NCBI GenBank assembly: GCA_030390025.1
Contig: CM059432.1
Span: forward strand, 38,380,001-38,444,000
Source of the DNA: Squalus acanthias
Lineage: Eukaryota
Reading direction: 5' to 3'
DNA length: 64,000 bases
A program made the position numbers and the translations under genes. The notes under the pieces are model-generated. The model had not been told where the DNA came from, did not search any database, and saw only the letters and a program-made list of their open reading frames with translations. Shown here piece after piece: positions 1 to 11,855 of this stretch (positions within the stretch are counted from its first letter, which is position 1; every line of letters begins with the position of its first letter).

Positions 1-441
1 AGTGCTGCTCAGTACCCAAAACTCCTTCACACAACGTTGAATCTCTCCAGAAGTCTCTCCCTCTCTCTCTCAGAATGAGTAGTTCAAAAATGCCACCAAC
101 AATAAAAGACAGGAAGAGGCCCCCTTTAAATAGCGCCCCCCCCAGCCCCACAGCGATTGATAGCGTTCCAGTCTTCTGGTCGTTGGAAGCGCCAGGCGGT
201 AAGGCAGGGGGCGCCACTCAATTTCCGCGCCGGGGCGCCACAAGAGCGTTGCACCATGGAATGACGTCACAATCTGCGCGCGCAGGTGGTCGCAGCGGTA
301 AGTTTTAGCGCCGCCGCACAATGTCAAGTTAAGTTCTCGAGCGGTGCAAACATCGCTGCGCCCGGGCATTAGCGGCTTAACGCCCCATTAGCGCCCTCTT
401 AAGGCGCTAACGGGAGGCGCAACCAAGTGAATTTTTACCCC
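1..441 (+). mobile_element. Harbinger-derived MITE family A, right part (truncated by window edge)
   Basis: Collinear with 50727-51166; ends in TIR GTGAATTTTTACCCC; CpG-rich with TTAGCGCC motifs; abuts a CR1 endonuclease region. Confidence 0.9.
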
Positions 442-2225
442 TATAGCTCTTGTATATCTCTGCGATTTCCCTGCAGATTTGCTCCTCTACCTCCCTCTCA
501 CTATTTGGAGGCCTATAGAATATCCCCAATAGTGTGATCATACCCTTTTTGCTCCTCAGCTCTAACCAAATGGATTCTGTCCTTGTCCCCTCAAGAACAT
601 CCTCCCTTTCCAACACTACAGTGTCTTCCTTAATCCGCACTGCCACCCCAACTCCCTTTTTTCCTTCCCTATCTTTTCTGAACACCTTGTACCCTTGAAT
701 ATTAAGTGCCCAGTCCTCACTGTTTTTAAGCCACGTTTCCGTTATTGCCACATCATATTGCCACAAGGCTAATTGTACTTGTAGCTCACCAAACTTATTC
801 ACCACACTGTGCGTTTACGTACATGCATTCTAAACCCATTTTTGAATTTTTCGTAGTCTTTCTTAGTCTGCTCCTATCTAATATGTTACTACTTCCGCCT
901 CCAGTACTATCTTCTCTAGTACTATCCAACACACTCACTCTTTCATGCACCTTATTCCTCTTTTCTACTCCTATATGCTGGTGCCCATCCCACTGCCAAG
1001 TTAGTTTAAACCCTCCCCAACAGCACTAACAAACCTCCCCACGAGAATATTGGTCCCGGCTCTCTTGAGGTGTAACCCGTCCAGCTTGTACAGGTCCCAC
1101 CTTACCCAGAAATGGTCTCAATGCCTCAGAAATCTAAAGCCCTCCCTCCTGCCCCATCTCTCCAGCCACGCATTCATCTGTTCTATCCTCCTATTCCTGT
1201 ACTCACTAGCACGTGGCACCGGGAGTAATCTGGAGATTACTACCTTTGAGGTCCTACTTTTTAATCTCACTCCAAGCTCCCTAAACTCTGCCTGCAGGAC
1301 CTCATCCCTCTTTCTGCCTATGTCGTTGGTACCGATATGGACAACGACCTATGGCTGTTCACCCTCCCCCCTCAGAGTGTCCTGCAGCCGCTCAGTGACA
1401 TCCTTGACCCTGGCACCAGGGAGGCAACATACCATTCTGGAGTCACGTCTACGGCCGTAGAATCGCCTGTCTGCTCCCCTAACTATTGAATCCCCCACCA
1501 CTATTGCTCTTCCACTCTTCTTCCTCCCCCACTGTGCAGCTGAGTCACCCATGGTGCCGTGGACTTGACTCTGGCTGCACTCCCCAGAGGAACCAATGCC
1601 CTCACCAGTACTCAGAACAGAATACTGGTTGGAGAGCGCGATACACTCCGGGGACTCCTGCACTACCTGCCTGGTCCTCCTCTTCTGTCTGGCGGTCACC
1701 CATTCCCTCTCTGCCTGCATACTCTTAAGCTGCGGGGTGACCACCTCTAGAAATATTCTATCCACGTAACTCTCAGCCTCGCGGATGCACCGCAGTGACT
1801 CCAGCTGCCGCTCAATCTCGGAAACCCGGAGCAAAAGTTGCTGTAGCTGGTGACACTTCCCGTACATGTGGTCGTCCAGGCTACACGAAGCGTCCAGGAC
1901 TTCCCACATGGCACAGGATGTGCACTCCACGGGCCTGAACTGCCCTGCAGAAATAAACTTAACAAAAAACGCTCCCCAGCTACTCACCAATTGCTCTTTC
2001 CCTCTATTTAATAGGCTATTAACTAACTTAGCAGAAATGAACTTATAAACTTAAAAAAAAATACACTCACCAGCTACTCACCAATCAGCTCCTTCCCTTG
2101 TGCCGACGTCACTTTTTTTACTCCGACATCACTTTTTCAAAAACTGCCTCTGTTGAGTTGTTGCCGCTCCTTTTACCTGCTCTGCTCTCGCTTTGCTCCC
2201 TCCAGGTCCGCTCCTTCCGGTCTCA
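442..2225 (-). mobile_element. CR1 LINE, 5' portion (5'UTR, ORF1, start of ORF2 endonuclease)
   Basis: ORF 407..805 has APE motifs YDVAITETWL and GIFYRPP; ORF 1349..1990 has Cys motif CTSCAMWE and esterase motif AIVVGDSIVRG. Confidence 0.9.
1001..1946 (-). pseudogene. CR1 ORF1 (zinc finger/leucine zipper + SGNH esterase-like), disrupted
   Basis: CxxC motif, coiled-coil stretch, GDS motif, CLPGARVKDV; in-frame stop at 1349; homologous to 16416-17364. Confidence 0.85.
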
Positions 2226-2620
2226 CTGTGATAAACCATGTGATAAACCATGTGACAATACATTACACTGCTTTCTCCTTTAAAACAATGTATGTATTCC
2301 CCTCTCGAATACAACGAAACTATGGTCCCATCGTTTTCCAGTGTTACATGTACCACATAACAAAAACTCCTGGCTTTTTTCCTTTAAATGAACTACAAAT
2401 CCTACAAATGAACGACAAATTTACTTTAATAACAGGTTTGTGGAGCCTTCCTCATCTCCTTCAAAAAGGTTTTGGTGTTGAACTAATTTTCGGGCTGTTT
2501 TGTTTTGGTTCCAAACTCAAACAAGTCGGTACCACCACTCTGTCTCCCCACTTGATACAACCTTGCTCACAAGACAATTCAGTACGACGGTTATGGAATG
2601 GTTTCAATTCTATGTTCATT

Positions 2621-2785
2621 ATCACATTGCTGTTTGTGGGAGCTTGCTATGCACAAATTGGCTGCCAAGTTTCCTACATTACAACAGTGACTACACTTCA
2701 AAAGTACTTCCTTGACTGTAAAGTGCTTTGGGACGTCTGGTGGTCATGAAAGGTGTTATATAAATGCAAGTCTTTCTTTTTTTTT
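2621..2785 (+). mobile_element. DeuSINE (SacSINE1/AmnSINE1-like), 3' part
   Basis: Matches the reverse complement of the 3' parts of 37975-38437 and 55197-55641; tail ...TATATAAATGCAAG. Confidence 0.75.
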
Positions 2786-3352
2786 TACTTGATTTGAACT
2801 CTATGCCTCAGTTTATAAAGTCAAGGAACCATATGATTTTTTTAACAGCCTTCTCAACTTGTCCTGTCACCTTCAAAGATTTGTGCTCATACACCCACAG
2901 GTCTCACTGTTCCTGCACCCCCTTAAAACTTTATCATTTAGTTTATATTGCATTTCCTCATTCTTCCTACTAAAATGAATCACTTCACACTTCTCTGCAT
3001 TAAATTTCATCTGCCATGTGTCTACCCATTTCACCAGTCTGTCTGTGTCCTCCTGAAATCTGTCCTCACTGTTTACTACATTTCCGAGATTCATGTCATC
3101 TGCAAACTTTGAAATTATGCTCTGTATGCCCAAGTCCAGGTCATTAATATATATCAGAAAGAGCAGTGGTCCTAACACTGACCTCTGGGGGACACCACTG
3201 GATACTTCCCTCCACTCTGAAAACAACTGTGCACCACTACTCTCTGCTTTCTGTCCCTTAACCAATTTTGTACCCATGCAGCCACTGCCCTTTAATCCCA
3301 TGGGCTTCAATTTTGCTAACTAGTCTATTATGTGGTACTTGATCAAACACCT
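2786..3352 (-). mobile_element. CR1 LINE reverse transcriptase fragment
   Basis: ORF 2873..3310: GVPQRSVLGPLLFLIYINDL, SKFADD, WQMKFNAEKC. Confidence 0.9.
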
Positions 3353-3409
3353 GCAGATCAGCATGATGCGTTTCCTGTCGTCACACACCACATGCACATT
3401 GATCCCTTC

Positions 3410-3855
3410 AACAACAACAACATGCATTTATATAGCGCCTTTAACATAGTAAAATGTCCCAAGACACTCTGTTGACATACATGCCCAGGTCTCGAGCAGT
3501 AATCTCTGGAATTCCCTCCCTAAATCTCTCCGCCACAGTACTGCAACCCTGCGTTCCTCCAATTCTGGCCTCTTGCGCATCCCCAATTTTAATCGCTCCA
3601 CCATTGGCAGCTGTGCTTTCAGCTGCCTAGGCCTTAGGCTCGGTATTCCCTCCATAAACCTCTCCGCCTCGTTACCTCTCTTTCCTCCTTTAAGACGCTC
3701 CTTAAAACCTACCCCTTTGACCAAGTCTGCCCTGATCTCTCCTTATGTCGTTCGATGTCAAATTTTGTTTGATAATGCTCCTGTGAAGTGCCTTGGGACA
3801 TTTTACTACGTTAAAGGCGCTATATAATTAAAAGTTGTTATTGTTATTGTTGTTG
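3410..3855 (+). mobile_element. L2 LINE 3' end (with a short inverted tail copy at 3410-3468)
   Basis: C-terminal RSTIGSCAFSCLG motif; tail GGCGCTATATAA...(TTG)n; same family as 13988-14686, 37320-37695 and 63338-63838. Confidence 0.8.
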
Positions 3856-3989
3856 ACACAGAGCACGCAAGTCGATGGGGGTGCAGCCTATTATTCCTTG
3901 CACTTGTGTGAAGCCCCAAATCCTGGCAAAGCCCCTAGAGCTCGCATCCCACTTTGTTTAACTCCTTTAAAAAGAATATGTTGAATATG

Positions 3990-5497
3990 TAATTTATGGT
4001 TCCATGGGGAAAGAGACAAAGTTGTTCCTCTTGGAGTAGAGAACCTTGGTGACATCCCTGATGCAGCAGTGCACAGAATATTGAGTGACGTCGCTGATGA
4101 CACCTGTTGCAGTCTGGAATGACCCTGTGGTGTAGAAAGTCAGGGCCACAGTGACCTTGACAGCCAAAGACAGTGCTGTCCATGCTATGGTTTGAGGTTC
4201 CAGTTTGTGCTGCAACAGGTGACACATCTTTGTGACCGCTGCCCTTCTGAAGTGGAGGCACCTGATGCACTGTTCCTCAGTGAGGTTGAGATATGACCGT
4301 TGATTCCTGAAGGCCTGTGTGTTGTAGGGTGTCCTGCACCGTCCCCTCCTTCTCCCTCTTTTTGCCGAAACTGCAGGTCTGTGGATTCTCCCTTGCTGGT
4401 GCTTCTGCCCCTCATCCTCCAGACCCAGTGGCAGACCCAGCAGAACATCCATGACAGCAGCAACTGCAAAATTGTAAAGACAGAAAACCTGTGACACCTC
4501 CAATAAGTACAGTACTACTTCACTATTCTATACCCTGCTTATAACGAACACTCAGCTTTAACGATCCCACCGGCAAGACCCAATTTGTTATAATGGATAT
4601 TCAACAAACACTTTAGTAGGATCAACCCGGACTGACCCAAATATCATGACGGAATTCAAGCGAGGCTAATTGAAAGATAAACTATTGTAGTGGATAGGAA
4701 CACGAGTAGGCCATTCAGCCCCTCAAGCCTGTTCTGCCATTTAATCAGATCCTGGCTGATCTGTAACCTCAACCACATTTACCCGCCTTTGAGCCATATG
4801 TTCCTATTTTAGTGTGAATCCCTCGTGACATGTGCATGCATTGCCTGATAAGACGTTTTGCCACTTGCACACAAACTGCAACAAGGAAACTGGCACAAGC
4901 CAACTGCAGCCGGGGCCTCACCGGCGGGGGCGTGGCGCTATCGGCTAGCGCCTCACCGAATTTCTCGGGGGGGGGGGGGGCACTATCCCCCGCCCCCCAG
5001 AGACGCTAACGGCAGGCGCAAAGGAGCTGAATTTTGCGGCCTGGGAATTTTCAAAACAAAATTTACAGGAAATTGAATTTGAAGAAAGCCAAGCTCCCAC
5101 ACGAGCAACAATGTAAAAGAAGTTTGAAGCACTGCTATGACAGGCAAAACAGTCAAATCTGGGCCAAGAAGCACCCTAGCAGCCTGAAATGATTAACCAG
5201 AGACTTGCTCTAATGGAGGTGAGGATCCCTTTAAGTTGCGCTTGTGAAGGCTGCTTCCTGGCTGCTCCTGCCAAGACTGACTGAGTGGGCTTAAGAACTG
5301 ATGATCAGGCACTGGCACAAACCAGTTTCAAAAATCGGTCCTAAATCAATGTTAAGGCCCCTCATTATAACATTTTAATGGCTCCGTGTTGGATTTTGCC
5401 AGTTGCACTCGGGTGCACACGATCTCCGACCAAATTGATACAACCTGGACCTAATTTGTGCCTGGAAAATGGGCGAAGTGAAGTCTAATTTCACCCC
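3990..5497 (-). mobile_element. Decayed Harbinger remnant with transposase N-terminal half
   Basis: ORF 3994..4503: YLNLTEEQCIRCLHF...AVKVTVALTFYTTGSFQ (HARBI1-type); TIR-like CTAATTTCACCCC ending at 5497; contains small secondary insertions. Confidence 0.7.
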
Positions 5498-5952
5498 AAT
5501 TACTGTACTTATCCTTCTTACCACCAAATCTGTTTTTTATTTATCTTTACTAAAATTGCTAGCTAAAAGAGATTTAATGCCAAATTATTTGGTTAGTTTT
5601 ATTGCCACAGTACGGGGGCTAAATTGGGCCGTGTAGCACTCATTTTGTAGGCGCTACGCAGCCACATAAGGCTCAAAAACAGGGTCCGAGATCCGAGGTG
5701 TGCATGCACACTTCCGAGGTGAAATGTGCAGGACACCATCTTGGTAAAGGTTTGCGCGCGCGCGCCTAATGACCACTGGCAGCATGCAAAGCAGCATGAC
5801 GATGACGTGAATCAGTGTGCAACGCTGATTTAAATCCACTGCTGCCATTTTCGAACTCCACACTCCAGCCCTGTCTTAACCTTGAACAGCTGAACACGAC
5901 ATTAAACAAAATGAAGGACCCCCACCAGTGCTGTTTAAAGGGATCATGAAGT

Positions 5953-6083
5953 TCTGACAAAAGGTCATTGACTTGAAATGTTAACTCTGTTTCTCTCTCC
6001 ACAGATGATGCCTGACCTGCTGAGTATTTCCAGCATTTTCTGTTTTTATTTCAGATTTCCAGCATCTGCAGTATTTTGCATTT
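5953..6083 (+). mobile_element. Short Penelope-like pLTR-derived insertion with a decayed hammerhead-like motif
   Basis: Flanked by direct repeat GGATCATGAAGT (5941-5952) / GGACCATGAAGT (6084-6095); begins CTGACAA-AAGGTCATTGACTT-GAAATGTT. Confidence 0.6.
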
Positions 6084-6877
6084 GGACCATGAAGTACTTA
6101 CGGTTAGTTGCTGGATTATTTCTTCTGGCTGCTGGTGCAATTGTACGTGTTTTTGGAGCTTTGCTATACTTGGCTAAAGTTTGAATACTCTACAGGGAGT
6201 GGTCTGGCTGGTCTTGAAGTTCTTTTTTTGTGATTTAAAATCTTGTGCTGAAAGAAGTTGCTTCCAGACATGGGTGGCCTGGTAGGGCTTCCTCTGGGAA
6301 TTGAACAAGCCTGGGAGAATGAAGAGTGGCCACGCAGAGCAGGACAAGCTGCTAGAAGAGGGCGGTGGAGGAGGAGGCCATATCTGCCGAGGGTTTTCAG
6401 GGAGCAATTCTCTTACTTCCACTTCAGCAAGGACCAATGCATGAGACCTCGTCACTTCAGAAAAGAGGTCACGAGTGAAAACTTCCAACTGCTGCAGCCA
6501 CAACTGCAGCCTCAAGGACAGCATTGCCTGTGGCTGCTAAGGTGACTGTGGCTCTTAACTTTTATGTGCCTGGCTCCTTCCAGGCTGCTGCTGGAGATAT
6601 AAGCAACATCTCGCAGCTTGCAGTGCACTGCTGTATAAGTGAGATCACTGAGGCTCTCTATACAAAGAGAAACAATTTTGTCTCATTCCCTCTTGCCAGA
6701 GACAAGCAGGAAGAGCAAGCACAAGGGTTTGCACGGTTTGCAGGCTTCCGCATGGTTCCATTGACTGCACCCACATTGCCACATCTGAACTCGGCCATTT
6801 TCATGAGCCGACAGGGATTCCACTCCCTCAATGTGCAGCTGGTGTGCAACCACAGGCATCGCATCATGCAGGTAAAT

Positions 6878-8053
6878 GATGTTTGATGGTCGGTCTGGTG
6901 GGTCTGGAGATCCTGGCGAATGGGTGAGATACAAAGAACAGCAAAGGGTGACAAAACACATAGTAAGAGCTACAAAAACAAACTATTAAAAGAAACTTGC
7001 AAGGGATATCAAAATCAACAAAAAAAACTTTTACAGTTATAATAGGAAAAAGAGGGTGGTTAAGAGCAATGAGGGCCCCTTAAATACTGATAATGGTGAT
7101 ATTATAAATGATAATAAGGAAATGGCGGACATGTTAAATAATTACTTTGCGTCAGTATTTACAGTATAAGAAAAGGTAGCATGCTGGACATCCCAAGGAA
7201 ACTAATATTGAATCAGGGACGGGGACTCACCAAAATTAACGTAAGTAAAATAACAGTAATGAAGAAAATAATGGCACTAAAGAGTGACAAATCCCCAGAT
7301 GTATCGTGACGTGATCCGGACTCGAGTCGTCGTTAGCTTGTTCACAGATGTGATTCTCAGTAAAAAAGTAAAAATGTTCCCAGTAAAAAAGTAAAACATT
7401 TTAAAGCTTTTCGTTTTACATACAGACGGCAGCTTTTGACACGTTAGAACCCCTGCGACTACACCTCATTGTCTCAGTTGTATCTTGCTATGTCTTTGAT
7501 GTGGTACCTTCCTGGCTGACTTAATTAACTTTATCACACCTCGGCAGATAGTCAGGATGATTTAATTTAGTGGTCTGCAATTGTAAGGTACACATGCTTT
7601 GTTTTCTATCTATATATGCTTTGGCGATTCTGTATCTAATTTACTTCACCTGAGGAAGGAGCAATCGATAGCTCCGAAAGCTTTTGATTTCTAATAAAAC
7701 TGTTGGACTATAACCTGGTGTTGTGCGACCTCTCAATTTTGTCCACCCCAGTCCAACACCGGCATCTCCGCATCATGACCACTAAAGATTAGAGCCAGAT
7801 CTTTCAGGAGTGAAGTTAGGAAACACTTCTACATGCAAAGGATGGTAGAAGTTTGGAACTTTCTTCCACAAATGGCAGTTGAAACTAGGTCAATTGTTGA
7901 TTTTGAATCTGAGATTGATAGAGTTTTGTTAACCAAAGGTATTAAGGGATATGGGGCAGGTATATGGAGTTAAGTCACAGATCAGCCATGATTTCATTGA
8001 ATGGCGGAGCAGGCTCGAGGGCCTAAATGGCCTACTCCTGTTCCTATGTTCCC
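6878..8053 (+). mobile_element. CR1 LINE remnant (mid-ORF2 and 3' end) inserted in the transposase
   Basis: MADMLNNYFASVFT and KSDKSP-type coding remnants at 7120-7297; CR1 3'UTR with ...CCTACTCCTGTTCCTATGTT tail at 7780-8053. Confidence 0.75.
7298..7777 (+). mobile_element. Penelope-like pLTR fragment nested in the CR1 remnant
   Basis: 3' part 7646-7777 matches the reverse complement of 59262-59387 (hammerhead-like core, AATAAA, GGACTATAACCTGGTGTTGTG). Confidence 0.65.
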
Positions 8054-8770
8054 ATTAGCCTGGCAGCAGTCACAATTCCTTCATTCTGTAGCATTCCTCT
8101 GTTCCACCTGTATTTGAACCACCACAGCAAGTCAAAGGGTGGCTACTGGGAAACAAGGGTTATCCACTCATGACATGACTCATGTCTCCGATCTAGATCC
8201 CATGACACGTACACAGCAGGCCTACAATGAGAGCCATGGTGCCACAAGAAATATTATAGAGCATGCCATCGGCATCCTCAAGCAACACTTCCGCTGCCTC
8301 AACCACTCTGGAGGAGCCCTGCAGTACTCAGCTGAGTGGGTATCAGGATTTGTGGTATGATGTGGCATGCTGCACAACCTGGCCATTATGAGGGAACGGC
8401 CCTTACCACCACCTATCAGGCAAGAAGCTGAGGAGCAGGAGCATGAGGAAGAGGAGGAGGAGGAGGAGAAAGTACAACTGGAAGTGGATGAACAGGACGA
8501 AGAAGGGAGGCTACAATGTAGACAGGCCCTTTCTGCCTGGGCTTTATATGATCACATTATTCATAAGCAATACCAGTAACCTCCACCACCCATCCCCATT
8601 CACCAACATCCCAAACTCCTTACCTTTCCTCTATCACTGACCATTACATCGCCCTCTTTCCAACAACACGAAAATAAAAACCACCAGAAAATGCACATTC
8701 AAATCCAATTTTATTAAGTCACTCATTAATAATGCATACAAAATTAAACTAATAACTCATGTGCATTCCC

Positions 8771-10071
8771 TTAGTGCCTCTTCCCTGTGCCTTTGCCTGT
8801 CCTAGTGCTCCTACAAGATGCTTCCCCAGTGAAATGGTGCTGGAAGGCTACTGACCTTCAATTGAGGAGACTGCAGATGGCCTTGGAGGACGACATCAAG
8901 CAGCTCTGGGCTTAGCGGGCCTGGCTTCAGACTGTAACATCTTGGCCTGGGCTGCAGCAGTCTGGGCTGGCTGGCTGACAGGCAACAGCAAGGGCACTGG
9001 CGGAGTAGCAAGGGTAGGAGCAGGAATGCTGTCATCCTCAGAGAGGACAGCAGATTCCTGTTCCATGGAGCCACTGCCACTCCCGGGGCAGCGCCTCAGC
9101 AATCCTGCTGATCTGTTGGAGAACAGATTCATGGACAGCTGTGACACACTGGAAGCCCCTTTGAACAGTGGTATCCATGATGGCAGCAGTCTGAGCTTCC
9201 ACTGCAGCACTCAGACCTTTGATAGAAGCCGATTATGCTGCAATGAAGGCTGTGACATCAGCCGTTAGACATTGTATCATTGTGGGTTCCACAGATGTGC
9301 TGATGAAGGTGACCACCCATTCTATGTTGGAAAGGATGGGCTCCAAGTTCTGCACAAATCACTGGGCCAAATTGGTGCTGGACTCCTCCATGCTCTTTGA
9401 CATTGTGCACAGGCTTTCTGGGATGCTTTCCAGTGCATCAAGAATTTGATTGCGTACACCTATCAGACTTCTTCTGTAGCCTGGCCCATTGAAGTCCTCA
9501 TCTGACTCCTCTGCAGCAGAACTAGTGTACGACCTCCCCCTCCGGCAAACTGGCACCTGGGACATCCTTTCCCCCAGTACTGGCTCCTGCACACTTGTGC
9601 CATATATCTCACCACATGCTGCCAGTGTGTACGAGCTGTGAGTTGTGGGTGTGAGGCTTGCAACAGTGCTAAGTGTGTGAGGGTGAGGTAAAGCATATGA
9701 ATTGAAGGGATGACTACTGATTGATAGAGATTGTTGGTAGGTGGGTGATGGGGGTGTACTGAATTGAGCAGTGGATGAGGCTAGTGGTGCAATTGGTAGG
9801 TTATGTCATTTGAAAATTGAACTCACTCACCTTGATATCTCATGTCAGATCATTACACTTCTTCCTGCACAGCATCCATTGTTCTTGGAGCTACACTCCT
9901 GGCACTGACCTCCACCACTATTTCTTCCCACTGCCTTCTGAGCATACGTCTGGAGGGCCTCCTGTCCCCCTGTGGATACAGGGTGTCTCTCCTTCTCTTC
10001 ACATCTTGTACCAAGACCTCTAGTGCATGGTCAGAAAACCTTGGTGCACGGTCTCTCACATGTTCAACCAT
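8771..10071 (-). pseudogene. Harbinger Myb/SANT-like DNA-binding protein gene, decayed (exon 2 region lost)
   Basis: ORF 9853..10071 RDRAPRFSDHALEVLV...WEEI; downstream SAAEESDEDF and GSGSGSMEQES blocks shared with the other Myb copies. Confidence 0.85.
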
Positions 10072-10573
10072 TCCTCAAAGTTTCACAGCTTCCCCTTAAA
10101 TGCAGCTATAACTATTCAGTTTTCAAATGACTCCCACCATTTCTTCCAGCTACAGTGTCCCTCCCTTTAAGAGGTGCAGGCTGCCTTTAATTAGCACTAG
10201 CCACCCACAATATCGGGTCCCCCGCTGATGCGTACAGCCAATGAACAGCATGGGCAGTGCAGACTGCACGCAGCACAAGTTTACCGTGCTGCCTGCAACC
10301 CAATGAACGGGCGCAGGTTAATAGCATACTGCAATCCCCACCACCTTTTTTTGGGGGGGCGGGGGGGGGGGGGGTTATCCAATTTAACCCCTATTTCTTT
10401 AGGATAAAAGAAATGAAATATTGGTCCTCCCAGTATATCATACAGCAAAACCTCTGTAAGGGGAGCAGCTAGTTGACATGGAAGTCTCAAAATCTCATGT
10501 TTAAGTAAGTATAGATTAGGAAAAAGGCGTTCAGCTCATTGGGGTCAAGCTGTCCAACAGACTATGCACAATA

Positions 10574-10893
10574 GTGAGGGATACCAAAACTAGGGGCTAT
10601 AAATATAAGATAGACACTAATAAATACAATAAGGAATTCAGGAGAACCTTCTTTACCCAGAGAGTGGTTAGAATGTGGAACTCGCTACCACAAGGAGTAG
10701 TTGAAGCGAATAGTATAGCTGCATTTAAGGGGAAGCTAGATAAGTACATGAAGGAGAAAAAAATAGAAGGATATAGTGATAGGGTTAGATGAAGAGAGGT
10801 AGGAGGAGGCTCGTGTGGAGCATAAACACTGGCGTGGACCAGTTGGGCCGAATGGTCTGTTTCTGTGCTGTACATTTTACATAATTCTATGTG
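10574..10893 (+). mobile_element. CR1 LINE 3' end
   Basis: TRGYKYK...FFTQRVVRMWNSLP...FKGKLD; 3'UTR like 26420-26577. Confidence 0.85.
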
Positions 10894-11020
10894 ATATGAA
10901 CTATAATGAACTTGCCCTATGAGTTAATCACCTGAAGGTGGTGGATAACCATTGCTAAAACTTCTAGAATGAAAAAAAAGTCTGAAACTTCTCTCTAGCC
11001 CTGAGGGACTCAGAACCTTA

Positions 11021-11855
11021 GGCCGGAATTTTGCCGGTCCTCAGAGTGCAGGATTGGAGGCGGGACCGCTGTCAAAATCGCAAAGATTGACAGCGGGTAG
11101 GAAACCCGCCTCCAATCAATCTTCCCAAGTGTCAGGTCCCCGATTTGCGCATGGACCCAACACCTAGTGGCGGGAAGAGGATTATAGCCACTTACCTGCC
11201 TGTTAACAGGTACTTGATACTTGTTAACAGGCTCTTTTTCAATTTTGCCGCTTCTGCCTCGGGTTCCCCGATGTCCGGACACCACGCCAGGTAAGTGTGG
11301 CGTGTTGTGAGTCTGCTGTAATGTTTCTGCATTGATGCAGAAGTGGTGTGAAGGATCCAATGGTGCACTGGTGAGTTTCAGAGGTAAGAAAATGTTGGGA
11401 AAATCATTTTTAATGCATTTACACTTTTCTGTGGGTAACCAGTTTTGAATTGGCTGTCTGGTCCCACCTCATTGGGAGAACCTCTCTCACCAGTGACAGA
11501 TCGCTTCTGTAACCTCACCTGCAGCTGCCATCTGTTCTAGCCTATGGAGGGAGTCATTGGAGAGCCTGGGTGAAAGAGCTCACCCTTGTACAGCAATTGT
11601 CAGTGTTTGCAGCACCGTAAATCAGCTGTCAAAGAAAAATTATGGTCCCTTTAAGAAAACCGGCAAATGACGCGTCATCAAATGACGTCATCGGACCGGC
11701 TTCCTCTTAATTGGCCGGCAAGCCCGCAGGGCGGGCTAAACAAGGCCAATCGACGTAAAATCACGTCCGTTGGCCGGATGCAGTTGGGGGCGGGACTGGA
11801 ACCCGAAAACCAGCTGACCCACTCCCAAGCCGCATCCATTTGCAAAATCACGGCC
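11021..11855. mobile_element. Non-autonomous Harbinger-type element (family C, GGCC TIR)
   Basis: TIRs GGCCGGAATTTTGC / GCAAAATCACGGCC; flanks TTA/GTA; reverse-collinear with 32893-33944. Confidence 0.8.

Larger units (their letters stand above)
6270..8579 (+). pseudogene. Harbinger (HARBI1-type) DDE transposase, frameshifted and interrupted at about 6878-8053
   Basis: RRRPYLPRVFREQF, AKVTVALNFY..GSFQ, HSLNVQLVCNH; resumes with YNESHGATRNIIEHAIGILKQHFRCL and MLHNLAI plus acidic tail. Confidence 0.9.
5614..10391 (+). mobile_element. Harbinger DNA transposon, end-to-end but decayed (subfamily B)
   Basis: TIRs GGGGGCTAAATTGG / CCAATTTAACCCC; flanks TAC/TAT; convergent transposase (+) and Myb/SANT (-) genes. 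Confidence 0.85.

Noticed and set aside
1940..2090. GTGAGT donors and a ctgcag acceptor suggesting a spliced CR1 leader
   Set aside because: The acceptor coincides with the position of the ORF1 start (ATGGCAGGGCAG in the 16416 copy) and may be a decay product; no independent support
2153..2749. 198-aa ORF as a host gene
   Set aside because: It crosses a CR1 5'UTR, a 12-bp tandem repeat (2227-2255) and a SINE fragment; no motif
6270..8579. Domesticated host HARBI1/NAIF1 genes
   Set aside because: All copies are frameshifted or interrupted, multi-copy and associated with TIRs, so they are transposon relics; no gene symbol assigned
10353..10374. Poly-G runs (also about 4967 and 12431) as functional G-quadruplexes
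   Set aside because: Simple homopolymer expansions within repeats; the homologous position at 54534 has only a short G run
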